Shown piece by piece: positions 48,097 to 57,096 of a stretch of 63,781 bases of DNA. The notes beneath the pieces are model-generated. The model had not been told where the DNA came from, ran no database searches, and was given only the letters and a program-made list of their open reading frames with translations. The position numbers and the translations under genes were made by a program. The stretch is from Candidatus Zixiibacteriota bacterium. Lineage in GTDB: Bacteria > Zixibacteria > MSB-5A5 > GN15 > FEB-12. The stretch covers positions 1 through 63,781 of the forward strand of contig JAYRFH010000250.1 of the NCBI GenBank assembly GCA_041908405.1, in the 5' to 3' direction. The first letter of the stretch is position 1; each line of letters opens with the position of its first letter.

Positions 48097-48951
48097 ATGC
48101 CTGTTGGATTTATTGGATTGGGGAATCTGGGAAGCGCGATGGCCCGTCGGCTGGCAGCCGAAGGGATTGAGCTACTGGTTTGGAATCGCACGCGCTCGAA
48201 AGCCGAAGCGCTCGGTCTGCCGATTGCCGATTCTCCCTCCCAAATCGCAAATCGATGCGAAACGATCATCCTCAACCTGTTCGATAGCGTAGCAGTGCGC
48301 GCGGTCTTGACTGGCGAAAATGGCCTGATGAAAGCGGATCTTGCCAGCAGGACGGTGATCGACACCACGACGAATCACTTCCGGCAAGTGCTCGAGTTAC
48401 ATCAGATGGTGAAGGCCGCAGGCGGGAAATATCTCGAATCGCCGGTCCTTGGGTCGGTCGTCCCTGCCTTGCAGGGAGCGCTCACCGTGCTGACGAGCGG
48501 TGAAAAGTCGGCTTATGAGGCATCGCGGTCACTGTACGAGAAATTTGGCAAGCAGCTTTTCTTTTTGGGTGAGCCGGGGTTGGCGAGCAAAATGAAGTTG
48601 ATCAACAATCTGGTGCTGGGGACATTCATGGGGGTGCTGGCGGAGGCGACCACGCTGGCCGAACGTTCTGGATTATCGAGAGAGCAGGTACTGGATATTC
48701 TCGCGGCGGGGGCAGGGAATTCGGCGGTGTTGAACGCAAAACGCCAGAAGTTGTTGACCGAAGATTTCTCACCGCATTTTTCGGTCGCGGCAATACATAA
48801 GGATCTGAAATATCTGGCGGATCTGCTGCAGGAAATGAATCGCTCAAGCGACCTCAGGTCGGCAGTGGAAGCGCTTTACGATCAAGCTATCTCGAATGGA
48901 ATGGGAACTCAGGATCTTTCGGCGGTCTTTGGATTGCTTTCCAAGAAATAG
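48097..48951 (+). CDS. NAD(P)-dependent beta-hydroxyacid dehydrogenase (3-hydroxyisobutyrate dehydrogenase family)
   Basis: MPVGFIGLGNLGSAMARRL Rossmann motif. MKLINN catalytic-Lys region. GGAG RBS before ATG 48097. Confidence 0.85.
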   Translation: MPVGFIGLGNLGSAMARRLAAEGIELLVWNRTRSKAEALGLPIADSPSQIANRCETIILNLFDSVAVRAVLTGENGLMKADLASRTVIDTTTNHFRQVLELHQMVKAAGGKYLESPVLGSVVPALQGALTVLTSGEKSAYEASRSLYEKFGKQLFFLGEPGLASKMKLINNLVLGTFMGVLAEATTLAERSGLSREQVLDILAAGAGNSAVLNAKRQKLLTEDFSPHFSVAAIHKDLKYLADLLQEMNRSSDLRSAVEALYDQAISNGMGTQDLSAVFGLLSKK

Positions 48952-48956
48952 TTCAT

Positions 48957-50120
48957 TCACGCCGATGTCTTTATCGAAAACTTCGTGTATTCCCTCATCG
49001 GCTCGGGGATCGCGAGTTGCCGCCGCTCATCCTCAGAATACAAAGCGAGCCTGAGAGCATCGACTCTCCCTTCCCGAACTTTGGTCGCCCAGTCAGCATC
49101 GAGCAGCAGAGCCCGTCCCAACGCGACCAGGTCAACTCCATCCGATTGTACACGGATCGCCTGATCCGGATGCATAATGGAACCGACACCGATAACCGGA
49201 ATTCGGGATGGAATAGAATCGCGGATAAGTTTGGTCGGGTGTGAACCTTCGGGCCAATCATTCCGCACTCCCTTGCCATAGTCCCAGCTCGAGACATGGA
49301 CGATATCGATACCATGCGGAATAAGAAGGCCGAGCAATTGGATCGCTTCATAGGTTGAGTAGCCGTCGGGATCGGCTTCTTCCGGCGAGATGCGATACGC
49401 GACGGGATAATCCGACCCAACTTCTCTTCTGACCGCCTTGATAACTTCGATAGCAAATCGCGCGCGATTCTCCAGCCGGTGACATAATTCGAGTCGATCA
49501 TGCTCCTGGTGTCGGTCGCATCGGTCACAGCGCAGATCCCCGCCCCATTTGTCGGTTCGTTTGTTGGTGAAGGGTGAAAAGAATTGCTGAAAGAGATAGG
49601 TATTGGCGCCGTGCAGTTCGATTCCGGTGAAACCGGCCCGTTTGGCCCGACCCGCCGCTTTGGCGAATGACTCGATGATCATCCAGATCTCGTCCTCGGT
49701 CATCGCGATTGGCATTTCAGAACTACCGCGCCGATTGATCACCGCTGATGGCGCCATCGGCAGACGACCGGTGAACTGCGAGCGCGCGGCATTGCCGCCA
49801 TGGTGAATCTGCAGAAACGATGCCGCGCCGTGGCGATTGATCGCGTCGGCACAAAGTGAAAGTCGGGGAAGCATCGCATCGGTATGACAGCCGACCTGAT
49901 GGTCAAACGCCTGCCCCGATGGATGGACATAACAGGCGGGGGTCATCACCAAGCCGATTCCGGCCCTGGCGCGATACTCGAGATACTCTATTTCAGCGTC
50001 GGAGAAACTGCCGTCACCATTTCCGGAAACAGTGGTCATGGGAGCCATGACCAGACGATTCTTGAGAGTCAGTTTGCCACTGATCTCGAGCGGCCGAAAG
50101 AGCGGAGAATAATCAGTCAT
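48957..50120 (-). CDS. NADH:flavin oxidoreductase (Old Yellow Enzyme family) with a 20-aa Cys/His-rich insertion
   Basis: LKNRLVMAPMTT, IELHGANTYLFQQFFSPFTNKRTDKWGG...LENRARFAIEVIKAVR. The insert LRCDRCDRHQEHDRLELCHR sits between GGD and LENR. Confidence 0.85.
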   Translation of the reverse strand: MTDYSPLFRPLEISGKLTLKNRLVMAPMTTVSGNGDGSFSDAEIEYLEYRARAGIGLVMTPACYVHPSGQAFDHQVGCHTDAMLPRLSLCADAINRHGAASFLQIHHGGNAARSQFTGRLPMAPSAVINRRGSSEMPIAMTEDEIWMIIESFAKAAGRAKRAGFTGIELHGANTYLFQQFFSPFTNKRTDKWGGDLRCDRCDRHQEHDRLELCHRLENRARFAIEVIKAVRREVGSDYPVAYRISPEEADPDGYSTYEAIQLLGLLIPHGIDIVHVSSWDYGKGVRNDWPEGSHPTKLIRDSIPSRIPVIGVGSIMHPDQAIRVQSDGVDLVALGRALLLDADWATKVREGRVDALRLALYSEDERRQLAIPEPMREYTKFSIKTSA

Positions 50121-50137
50121 TCCAAAGCCCGGTTTAT

Positions 50138-50533
50138 CTATTTGGCCGAATACTCCCTGACAACGGTTGTCTGGATACCACCGCGCGAGTTGAAAATACC
50201 CTCGAGGCGGGCGCGTCGTGGCTTGATGGTGGCGACCACATCATCCAGCACGCGATTGACGACATTCTCGTGGAATATCCCCTTGTTGCGATACGCCAGC
50301 AGATACTCTTTAAAGCTCTTCAACTCGATACAGAGCTGGTCGGGGACGAAGGTCAGTTTCAGTTCGGCAAAATCCGGCATGCCGGTCTTGGGGCAGACAC
50401 AACTGAACTCCTGGATATTCATCTGGATCTCGTAGTCGCGGTCGGGATAGATATTGACGAACGCTTCGATCGCGGGAGTGGCCCAGGACCGGATATCGGT
50501 CTGCAGATTTTCGTAGTCGGATGGCTTATTCAT
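50138..50533 (-). CDS. queF: NADPH-dependent 7-cyano-7-deazaguanine reductase (unimodular type)
   Basis: EFSCVCPKTGMPDF catalytic Cys motif and the QueF motif IELKSFKEYL. Confidence 0.9.
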   Translation of the reverse strand: MNKPSDYENLQTDIRSWATPAIEAFVNIYPDRDYEIQMNIQEFSCVCPKTGMPDFAELKLTFVPDQLCIELKSFKEYLLAYRNKGIFHENVVNRVLDDVVATIKPRRARLEGIFNSRGGIQTTVVREYSAK

Positions 50534-50640
50534 GCAGGTATGAAATGGCTCATGGGGGTCTGACGCAATCGAAATCAGGATGAAATTGTGGTGCCGCCGA
50601 CTCCTGATTTGCTATATTGTCCGCCAGAGAGATATCACCC

Positions 50641-51345
50641 ATGCAGACCAAGCCGAAAGCCATCTCCCTCCTCTCCGGAGGGATCGATTCAACCACCGCC
50701 ACGGCCATCGCCATAGCGGATGGTTTCGACATTACCGCGCTCAGTTTCGACTACGGGCAGCGGCATTTTGTCGAGTTGATCGCGGCGAAACGAGTGGCGG
50801 AGGCACTGAGAATAGGCGAACACATAATCTTCCCCCTTGATCTGGACGCGGTCGGCGGGTCCGCCTTGACAAACAAAGGGGCGGAGATTCTTAAGGATAG
50901 GTCAGGAGATGAGATCGGGCATGGTATTCCCAGCACGTATGTGCCGGCGCGGAATATCGTTTTTCTGTCGATAGCCCTGGCATTCGCCGAATCGCGCGGC
51001 GCACGCGCGATCTACATCGGCGCAAACGCGATAGATTACTCCGGCTATCCGGACTGTCGTCCGGAATTTCTGCGCGCGTTTGAACTGATGGCGAACCTTG
51101 GCACCAAAGCCGGGTCTGAAGGACAAACACTCCGAATTGTCGCGCCTCTTTCTTCCATGACCAAGGCAGAGATTGTTGCCATGGGAACGCGCCTTGGCAT
51201 TGATTATTCGCTGACATTCAGTTGTTATGACCCGGATGATATCGGCTTGGCGTGTGGGCATTGCGATAGCTGCCAACTTCGGCGCAAAGGATTTGTCGAG
51301 GCAGGCCTGGCTGACCCGACACGCTATCAGCCGGGAGTCCGATAA
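50641..51345 (+). CDS. queC: 7-cyano-7-deazaguanine synthase
   Basis: [12 protein letters not shown]-loop. C-terminal Zn Cys cluster SCYD...[11 protein letters not shown]. Start at MQTKPKA. Confidence 0.93.
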   Translation: MQTKPKAISLLSGGIDSTTATAIAIADGFDITALSFDYGQRHFVELIAAKRVAEALRIGEHIIFPLDLDAVGGSALTNKGAEILKDRSGDEIGHGIPSTYVPARNIVFLSIALAFAESRGARAIYIGANAIDYSGYPDCRPEFLRAFELMANLGTKAGSEGQTLRIVAPLSSMTKAEIVAMGTRLGIDYSLTFSCYDPDDIGLACGHCDSCQLRRKGFVEAGLADPTRYQPGVR

Positions 51346-51348
51346 CTC

Positions 51349-52095
51349 ATGCGGCAGTATACGCCAGAGATTGAGCCGTGGCCAAGCACGGGAGACAGTC
51401 GTTTGCCGGTCAGCGAGATGTTCTACTCGATTCAGGGGGAAGGACGCTATGCCGGGACTCCCGCGCTGTTCATCCGCTTCAAATACTGCAATCTCGGATG
51501 TATCTGGTGCGATACTCGGTTCACCTGGGATAAGCGGAAGATCGAGCCGGGCGAATGGTTGAGTATCGACGCAATCACGACCAGAGCCGCATCGCTGGTG
51601 TTTGAATCTGAGCGTGGACAAACGCATATTGTGTTGACTGGTGGCGAGCCGATGTTGCATCAGGAGCAGATACCATCGCTGATTCGTGCTCTGCGGGAGA
51701 TCGGTTTTTCGTTCGCGGAGATCGAAACGAACGGGATGTATGCGCCGACTGAGGCCATGCGAAGCGCCATCGATTGGTGGAACTGTTCCCCGAAGTTGAC
51801 CAATAACGGGATGCCAAGAGAGACCAATATGGTGCCGACGGCGATACTGGCAATCCGGGATACCGACAAGGCGGATTTCAAGTTCGTGGTGCAGGCGGAG
51901 AACGATATCGATGAGATAGTCGGCGACTATCTTCTGTTGATCCCGCGCAAGCGTGTCATCCTGATGCCTGAAGGCGTCACGCGGGAACGTCAACTGGCGC
52001 TGACTCCGTGGGTGATGGATGTATGTCAGAAGCATGGTTTTCGCTTCTCCCCCCGATTGCATATTCTGGCGTACGGGAATGAACGAGGAAAGTAG
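51349..52095 (+). CDS. queE: 7-carboxy-7-deazaguanine synthase (radical SAM)
   Basis: EMFYSIQGEG and the CNLGCIWCDT cluster motif. Position between queC and queD. Confidence 0.9.
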   Translation: MRQYTPEIEPWPSTGDSRLPVSEMFYSIQGEGRYAGTPALFIRFKYCNLGCIWCDTRFTWDKRKIEPGEWLSIDAITTRAASLVFESERGQTHIVLTGGEPMLHQEQIPSLIRALREIGFSFAEIETNGMYAPTEAMRSAIDWWNCSPKLTNNGMPRETNMVPTAILAIRDTDKADFKFVVQAENDIDEIVGDYLLLIPRKRVILMPEGVTRERQLALTPWVMDVCQKHGFRFSPRLHILAYGNERGK

Positions 52096-52101
52096 GACGC
52101 G

Positions 52102-52464
52102 GTGAAAGTTCGATTGACCAAACAGTTTTTGTTCGAGGCTTCGCACCGGTTGGATCACCTCCCGTCGGATCATCCGTGCTACAACCTCCATGGCCATAGT
52201 TACCGGGTCGAGGTTGAGATATATGGCGAGGTGAACGAACAGACCGGCTTCCTGATAGATTATTCAGATATCAAGAAAGCGGCGGCGCCGGTTATCGCGC
52301 AGTTGGATCACCGCCATCTCAACGATATCGCCGACCTTCCGACCACCACGACCGAGCATATCTGCCGGTGGATATGGGTACGCCTGAAGCCGCAGCTTCC
52401 GTACCTCAGCCGCATCACGATCTTCGAGACGCATTCAACAAGCTGTACGTATGAAGGGGAGTAA
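52102..52464 (+). CDS. queD: 6-carboxy-5,6,7,8-tetrahydropterin synthase
   Basis: GTG start. FEASHRL, LHGHSYRVEV and a late ETHSTSC region. Confidence 0.9.
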   Translation: MKVRLTKQFLFEASHRLDHLPSDHPCYNLHGHSYRVEVEIYGEVNEQTGFLIDYSDIKKAAAPVIAQLDHRHLNDIADLPTTTTEHICRWIWVRLKPQLPYLSRITIFETHSTSCTYEGE

Positions 52465-52468
52465 GACG

Positions 52469-52834
52469 TCAGTCTACGAGTTTCTTGAGAACGTCGTTGG
52501 TGCCGGTCAGTTTCATCCAGCGTTTTTCTGACAGCAGGAACAAAAGCGCGATCGCTGGGACCAGGAGATAGATAAATCCTATCACCAGGCCGACTATCGC
52601 TTTGGTCTCGGGCTGCCACGGCATGAAGAGCAACAGGGCGAGCGGAATTAACACCAGCCCCGCGCCGATAAGCGTGATAACAAAGATAAGCAGGCAGAGC
52701 AGGATGAGGATCTGTCGCGCGGTCTTGATCCCCTGAAGATAATAGGTAGCCGCGCGAATCTTGAGGAGCCGAAGAGTCGGCTCCAGATACGCCTGCTTGA
52801 GCCAGTCAATGAATCCCTGGAATATCGCGTTCAA
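52469..52834 (-). CDS. YqjE-like (DUF1469 / holin-X-like) small membrane protein
   Basis: 121 aa with two long TM helices. Sits directly downstream of a DUF883 gene, as in the E. coli yqjD-yqjE arrangement. Confidence 0.6.
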   Translation of the reverse strand: MNAIFQGFIDWLKQAYLEPTLRLLKIRAATYYLQGIKTARQILILLCLLIFVITLIGAGLVLIPLALLLFMPWQPETKAIVGLVIGFIYLLVPAIALLFLLSEKRWMKLTGTNDVLKKLVD

Positions 52835-52839
52835 GGGTC

Positions 52840-53151
52840 TCAGTCCTTACGGGAACGTCCCAACAGGAAGCCGAAGATCAGGGCCGCGAATGCCGCGCCG
52901 CCAATATAAGCGTACGGATTTTTGTGCACCGACTGGTCGATATCCGAGGCAACATCGGCGACCTTCTTTTTCCCGGCTTCATACGTCTCCGAGGCTTTGG
53001 ACTTCATCTGGTCGGAGAAAGATGAAATGACCGAGCCGAGGTCGGAATACTTGTTTTCCATGGCGGCCTGTAGTTCGGCCTTTTTGTCGCGCGCGGCAGC
53101 GTTGAGCAACTCGAGCGCTTCATTGATCCGTTTGTCTTCAAAGCGATCCAT
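52840..53151 (-). CDS. DUF883 (ElaB/YqjD/YgaM-like) C-tail-anchored stress protein
   Basis: 103 aa. Helical N-terminus. Ends HKNPYAYIGGAAFAALIFGFLLGRSRKD, the typical family C-terminus. Confidence 0.75.
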   Translation of the reverse strand: MDRFEDKRINEALELLNAAARDKKAELQAAMENKYSDLGSVISSFSDQMKSKASETYEAGKKKVADVASDIDQSVHKNPYAYIGGAAFAALIFGFLLGRSRKD

Positions 53152-53395
53152 ATATCATCTCCATCGGTCTACTGCCATTATCGGCGCACTTGGAAAAGCT
53201 GCTTAGAGTACTATCAATATATGGTACGTCGGCAGGGGGAGTAAAGTCGATGAACAGGGATAATTGACGGAAATTGCCATTTTCAAAGGAATGCTTTGGG
53301 CGACAATACATTAACTTGACCTGTCTGGCGGCCGATACTAGCTTGTGCCGGTGAAGCAGAGGGCTCTTATCTGAAACCGACGGTTACACAGAAAT

Positions 53396-53989
53396 ATGTC
53401 AGAACCAACTACACGACCACTTGCTGAACTTCTGGCTTTCGGGCCGATCGAATATCAGCGCTTCCTCTATTATGCCGGGCAGTTGGCGCGACTGCTCGAG
53501 AAGATGCATGCTGAAGGAAAAGCGCATGGGGCGATCAATCCGCTCAGTCTTCGAATCTCCTCGGAGAACGAGCTATCACTGGATGCTCCATCCGCCTACC
53601 GCGAAAGCACGGTGGAGAATGTGCGCGAGGATCTCTACCAGGTTGGAATGGTCTTTACACAGATGCTGGTAACCTCCGGCGCGGGGGCGGGTCAGCCGAT
53701 ACATCCTATCGTCTCTGAGCACGCGCCGCTCGAAAGCGCTACCGCGCTGATCCCGGTCGAAGCGAAGCTTATCCTGGAAGAACTTCTGGCGGCGGACCCG
53801 AAGGATCGGATCAGCACTGCCCGGGAGTTGGTATCGACTCTTAGTGAGATGAATGAACTGGCGCGGATGCCGATTGAGCCATCGGTACCGGAAAAGAAGG
53901 ACCGGTCGCGGCTCTATTTCGCCTTTGCGATGATGATCCTGGTGGCGCTGGTGGTCTGGGTGCTGTTAGAGGTCTATCACAAGCTGTAG
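53396..53989 (+). CDS. C-tail-anchored protein resembling only the C-lobe of a Ser/Thr protein kinase, a predicted pseudokinase remnant
   Basis: MHAEGKAHGAINPLSL replaces HRDxKPxN. DLYQVGMVFTQML is subdomain IX-like. LLAADPKDRISTARELVSTL is subdomain XI-like. No Gly-loop or VAIK N-lobe. C-terminal TM helix LYFAFAMMILVALVVWVLL. Confidence 0.6.
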   Translation: MSEPTTRPLAELLAFGPIEYQRFLYYAGQLARLLEKMHAEGKAHGAINPLSLRISSENELSLDAPSAYRESTVENVREDLYQVGMVFTQMLVTSGAGAGQPIHPIVSEHAPLESATALIPVEAKLILEELLAADPKDRISTARELVSTLSEMNELARMPIEPSVPEKKDRSRLYFAFAMMILVALVVWVLLEVYHKL

Positions 53990-54027
53990 CTGTTTGATCG
54001 GGGGATGCAATCGGGGAGAATCTTCCA

Positions 54028-54148
54028 CAAAAAAATAACCCAGACAGGTTGCTCGGCCTGCCTGGGCGGACGATATTAGGTAATCCACAGAAAGAGTAAC
54101 ACTTTCCGATTGCACGAGTAAAATACCTAAATATGTTGATATGTCAAG
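54028..54148 (-). ncRNA. candidate small RNA unit: orphan promoter plus intrinsic terminator, transcript about 85 nt
   Basis: The minus strand reads TTGACA (54148..54143), a 17-nt spacer, TATTTT (54125..54120). Then comes the hairpin CCCAGGCAGG-N8-CCTGTCTGGG (54066..54039, 9 of 10 pairs) and TTATTTTTTT. No ORF lies between them. Confidence 0.25.
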
Positions 54149-54250
54149 GGGAAAAGCCGGGATTTTTGAAAAAACTTCGTATTCTCAGCGAGGTCTTTCG
54201 GTAACCATTTTTGCCATTTCAATGTATTGTATTACAACTGCTTAGCCATT

Positions 54251-55069
54251 TCAGGCTAGCCAGACTTTCCCCCCACTCCGTCGAATCAACCCTTCCGCCA
54301 CCATCCGGTCAGCAATTTTTTCCACTTCCGAAATCTCCCGACTCATCCCCCTGCAGATCGTGCGCAAGGTAACGGGCTGGCGCTGAACCAGCCGGCGAAT
54401 AATCTCCCCTCTCACCTGACGAGCGGAGCCCTCGAACCTGGATTGTCGCGAGAGCGGGGGGATAGACGCGATCTGTTTGGGAAGCATCAATCGGGAGTAA
54501 TCCATCAAGGCGTTGTGCCAATCGCACGCGCGTCTTTTGGGAAGCACTCGTTCAGCGAACTCGCACACCGCTTTCGGCGACAGAGTTGATGGCAACCCGA
54601 AAGAATGAAGCAGTACTCGGCGGATATTAGTATCGATCGTGGCCAGCGGCTGGTTGAACGCGAAAATGAGGATCGCCCTCGACGTGTACGGACCGATACC
54701 CGGAAGTTTTTCGAGCAACTCCGGTGTCTGCGGTACTCTGCCGCCATGGTCATTCACAATCGCGACCGCAAGTTTTTGGAGGTACAGAGCGCGTCGGTTG
54801 TACCCCAGGCCTGACCAGGCGCGGAGAATCTCTTCATTCGAGGCTTGTGCGAGAGCTCGCCAGTTTGGCCAGAGAGATATCCACTCCTCGTACTTGGGCA
54901 AAACCCGCTCGACCTGCGTTTGCTGCAACATTATTTCGGCCACAGTAACGCAGTACGGATCGGTGGTGTTGCGCCAGGGGAGGTCGCGGCGATGTTTGGC
55001 GTAGAACCGGAAGATCTTCCGTCGAAACGAAATTATCTCCTGTTGAGTAACTGAATGGAGAGAGCGCAT
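54251..55069 (-). CDS. HhH-GPD base-excision glycosylase, MutY-like catalytic core without the Fe-S cluster loop or NUDIX domain, with a wHTH-like C-terminus
   Basis: DLPWRNTTDPYCVTVAEIMLQQTQVERV (catalytic Glu). HhH LLEKLPGIGPYTSRAI. IDTNIRRVL (catalytic Asp). No CX6CX2CX5C motif. The C-terminus reads RGEIIRRLVQRQPVTLRTICRGMSREISEVEKIADRMVAEGLIRRSGGKVWL. Confidence 0.78.
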   Translation of the reverse strand: MRSLHSVTQQEIISFRRKIFRFYAKHRRDLPWRNTTDPYCVTVAEIMLQQTQVERVLPKYEEWISLWPNWRALAQASNEEILRAWSGLGYNRRALYLQKLAVAIVNDHGGRVPQTPELLEKLPGIGPYTSRAILIFAFNQPLATIDTNIRRVLLHSFGLPSTLSPKAVCEFAERVLPKRRACDWHNALMDYSRLMLPKQIASIPPLSRQSRFEGSARQVRGEIIRRLVQRQPVTLRTICRGMSREISEVEKIADRMVAEGLIRRSGGKVWLA

Positions 55070-55072
55070 GGA

Positions 55073-56545
55073 TCAAAGTTCAGAGCGGTCTGTGCATTCA
55101 AACCACCAGGCGGCGGTCATCCCGAAGATCATCGCCATGACATACCCTTCCTGCGCCCAGGTCCAGGCTCGCATAAAGAAAATGGAGAGAGCGAACACGA
55201 TCATCGCGATCATCAGTGCGGCGGAAACCTGCGTATCCGAGCGGGAGAGTGCTTTTCGGAAGGCTGCTCTCGCCATACGCAGGCCGGCTCCGGTGACCGC
55301 GAGAAGGGCTGTTACGCCGATTATGCCGGTCTCCGCGAGATAATGAAGGACTACATTGTGGGCGGACATCCCTTTGATGTAGTACCAGACCGGGGCGGTC
55401 TTCATCGACGGAACCACCTGGTCGACCAAGTTGAAATTGCCGATGCCAATGCCGACCAGCGGGCTGGTCAGCCAGCCTTTGAACGCGGCTGTCCAGAGGA
55501 CAATACGCAACGCAATCGAACCCTGGGGATCCGATACAGAAGCAAACATCTCCTGCACGCGACCGAAGAAACCAACCAGCAGCGTGCCGCTGATTCCGAT
55601 TATCACCACGGTTATCACGCCTGCTACTGCCAGCACCTGGTTAAAAGCATGACGGACATCGAATGTCCGGTCGCGATTGATCTTGCGCCAGGCGATCCAG
55701 ATGAGGATAGGAATAGCCAACGCCACGGCAACTAGTGTTCCGCGCGAGCCGGAAGCAATGATCGCCATGGCAATCGCCATAATAATTAGGGCGAAGCGGA
55801 TCCGCTCTCCCCTGCTCCTGGACCAGATGAAAAAGGCCAACGCCATGGGGAGGGCGGTCATGGAGTAGTTTTCAAACGCCAGCCAAGCCGGGCCGAAAAC
55901 ACGTTCCGCGCCGCCGTAATAGAGAAAAATCGCAATGTTGAAGACCGAGAGTACCGCGACAAGATTGATGTAAAACAGGACGATCCGTCGCACGCCCAAT
56001 CGGGTTGCCATGGTGAAGATCGCTCGGAATGCCAGGAGGATCACCAGGATGCGTATGGACGGGACGAGTGATTCGTTAGTCCGATAGGCGAACAGTGCCG
56101 AAAGCCAGGTAGCGAGAACCAGCATGAGCATAGGGAGGTCGGCCGGGGTCCGGCGAATCTCCGTCTCCCCCTTCAGCATGAACTGTAGGACCAACCCCGC
56201 CAGGAGCATCGCCATGCAGAGATCGAAAGCCCAAACCGCACCGCCCGTCAGATGATACGGTAAGTAGACTGGCACCGTCAGCATGAACAGGTAAAACGAG
56301 AGCTTCGGCGAAACGAGCATGGCGAATATAAGCGGGAGAGGGAGGAGTACGGCTGCCGGGAGATTTTTTCCCATGAGCAGCAGTCCGCCAATCGGCACCA
56401 CCCAGCAGGCGAGGGCGATGAGGGTCGCGGCCTGAAGGGAGAGGTGTCCGTTTTCAAACGTTTGGGTGAGTCGGCTCGTCATTGGTATAAACATAGGTAA
56501 ACATTTACGGTAGGTCAAATCATCGTGTGCGGCGCACTCGCTCAT
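55073..56545 (-). CDS. O-antigen ligase/polymerase-like (Wzy_C family) polytopic membrane protein
   Basis: About 11 predicted TM segments. A central loop region around IASGSRGTLVAVALAIPIL resembles the Wzy_C signature. The exact start is uncertain. Confidence 0.62.
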   Translation of the reverse strand: MSECAAHDDLTYRKCLPMFIPMTSRLTQTFENGHLSLQAATLIALACWVVPIGGLLLMGKNLPAAVLLPLPLIFAMLVSPKLSFYLFMLTVPVYLPYHLTGGAVWAFDLCMAMLLAGLVLQFMLKGETEIRRTPADLPMLMLVLATWLSALFAYRTNESLVPSIRILVILLAFRAIFTMATRLGVRRIVLFYINLVAVLSVFNIAIFLYYGGAERVFGPAWLAFENYSMTALPMALAFFIWSRSRGERIRFALIIMAIAMAIIASGSRGTLVAVALAIPILIWIAWRKINRDRTFDVRHAFNQVLAVAGVITVVIIGISGTLLVGFFGRVQEMFASVSDPQGSIALRIVLWTAAFKGWLTSPLVGIGIGNFNLVDQVVPSMKTAPVWYYIKGMSAHNVVLHYLAETGIIGVTALLAVTGAGLRMARAAFRKALSRSDTQVSAALMIAMIVFALSIFFMRAWTWAQEGYVMAMIFGMTAAWWFECTDRSEL

Positions 56546-56582
56546 CCCGGCGAAAACTCTGTGCGCGGGTCCACATTAGACC

Positions 56583-56612
56583 TTGACATCCGAGGGGCGC
56601 GTACGCTATATT
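56583..56612 (+). promoter_or_regulatory. sigma-70-type promoter candidate
   Basis: TTGACA, an 18-nt spacer, TATATT. Lies about 110 nt upstream of ATG 56725, which has an AAGGAG RBS. Confidence 0.35.
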
Positions 56613-56724
56613 TACGCATGAAGGAAGTACTATTGTCCTTCACCACCCCTCACCCCTCTCCGTCTGGACAAACAGGCTTTGCGCTGCAAGGCTTTCAAAC
56701 TCTTATAACCAAGGAGTTCGTATC

Positions 56725-57084
56725 ATGCGTAGGATCATCTGCATCATGGCACTGGCGTTGCTGCTGGTGGCGACCACCGTTGACCTGGGTCAATCGCGAT
56801 CGCGCCCGTACAATATCGCCGACATCACCAATGGCTCAAGTGGCACAGCCGACGACCACCCGTGGGGTGGCGACGACACTGGCGGTGGCGGGACGAACGG
56901 CAGCGGTCTGGACACGCGTCCGACCCTGATTGTATCGACCGGCAATCCGATCATCGACTATTTCACCTCCCGATTCCTGCGCAGCGGCTTCATGTTGAGA
57001 TGGCATCGGCAGGTAACGACGACAGGAGAGACGACGACTTCGACCACGGGTACCACGGTACCGTCGAACACTCAAGCCAACTAA
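56725..57084 (+). CDS. small secreted Gly/Thr-rich protein of unknown function
   Basis: 119 aa. AAGGAG RBS. Signal peptide MRRIICIMALALLLVATTVDLG. Low-complexity GGDDTGGGGTNGSG and TTTGETTTSTTGTT. Ends 12 nt before the sigma-54 activator gene. Confidence 0.55.
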   Translation: MRRIICIMALALLLVATTVDLGQSRSRPYNIADITNGSSGTADDHPWGGDDTGGGGTNGSGLDTRPTLIVSTGNPIIDYFTSRFLRSGFMLRWHRQVTTTGETTTSTTGTTVPSNTQAN

Positions 57085-57096
57085 GGGTAGCACGTT

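Noticed and set aside
50534-50640. Possible preQ1 riboswitch between the divergent queF and queC genes.
   Set aside because: Neither strand shows a small hairpin followed by the A-rich CCCUCUAAAAAACUA-like tail. The que cluster itself (queF, queC, queE, queD) looks ordinary.
50902-52197. 431-aa ORF antisense to queC/queE/queD.
   Set aside because: It spans three well-supported plus-strand genes. It is an Arg-rich shadow frame.
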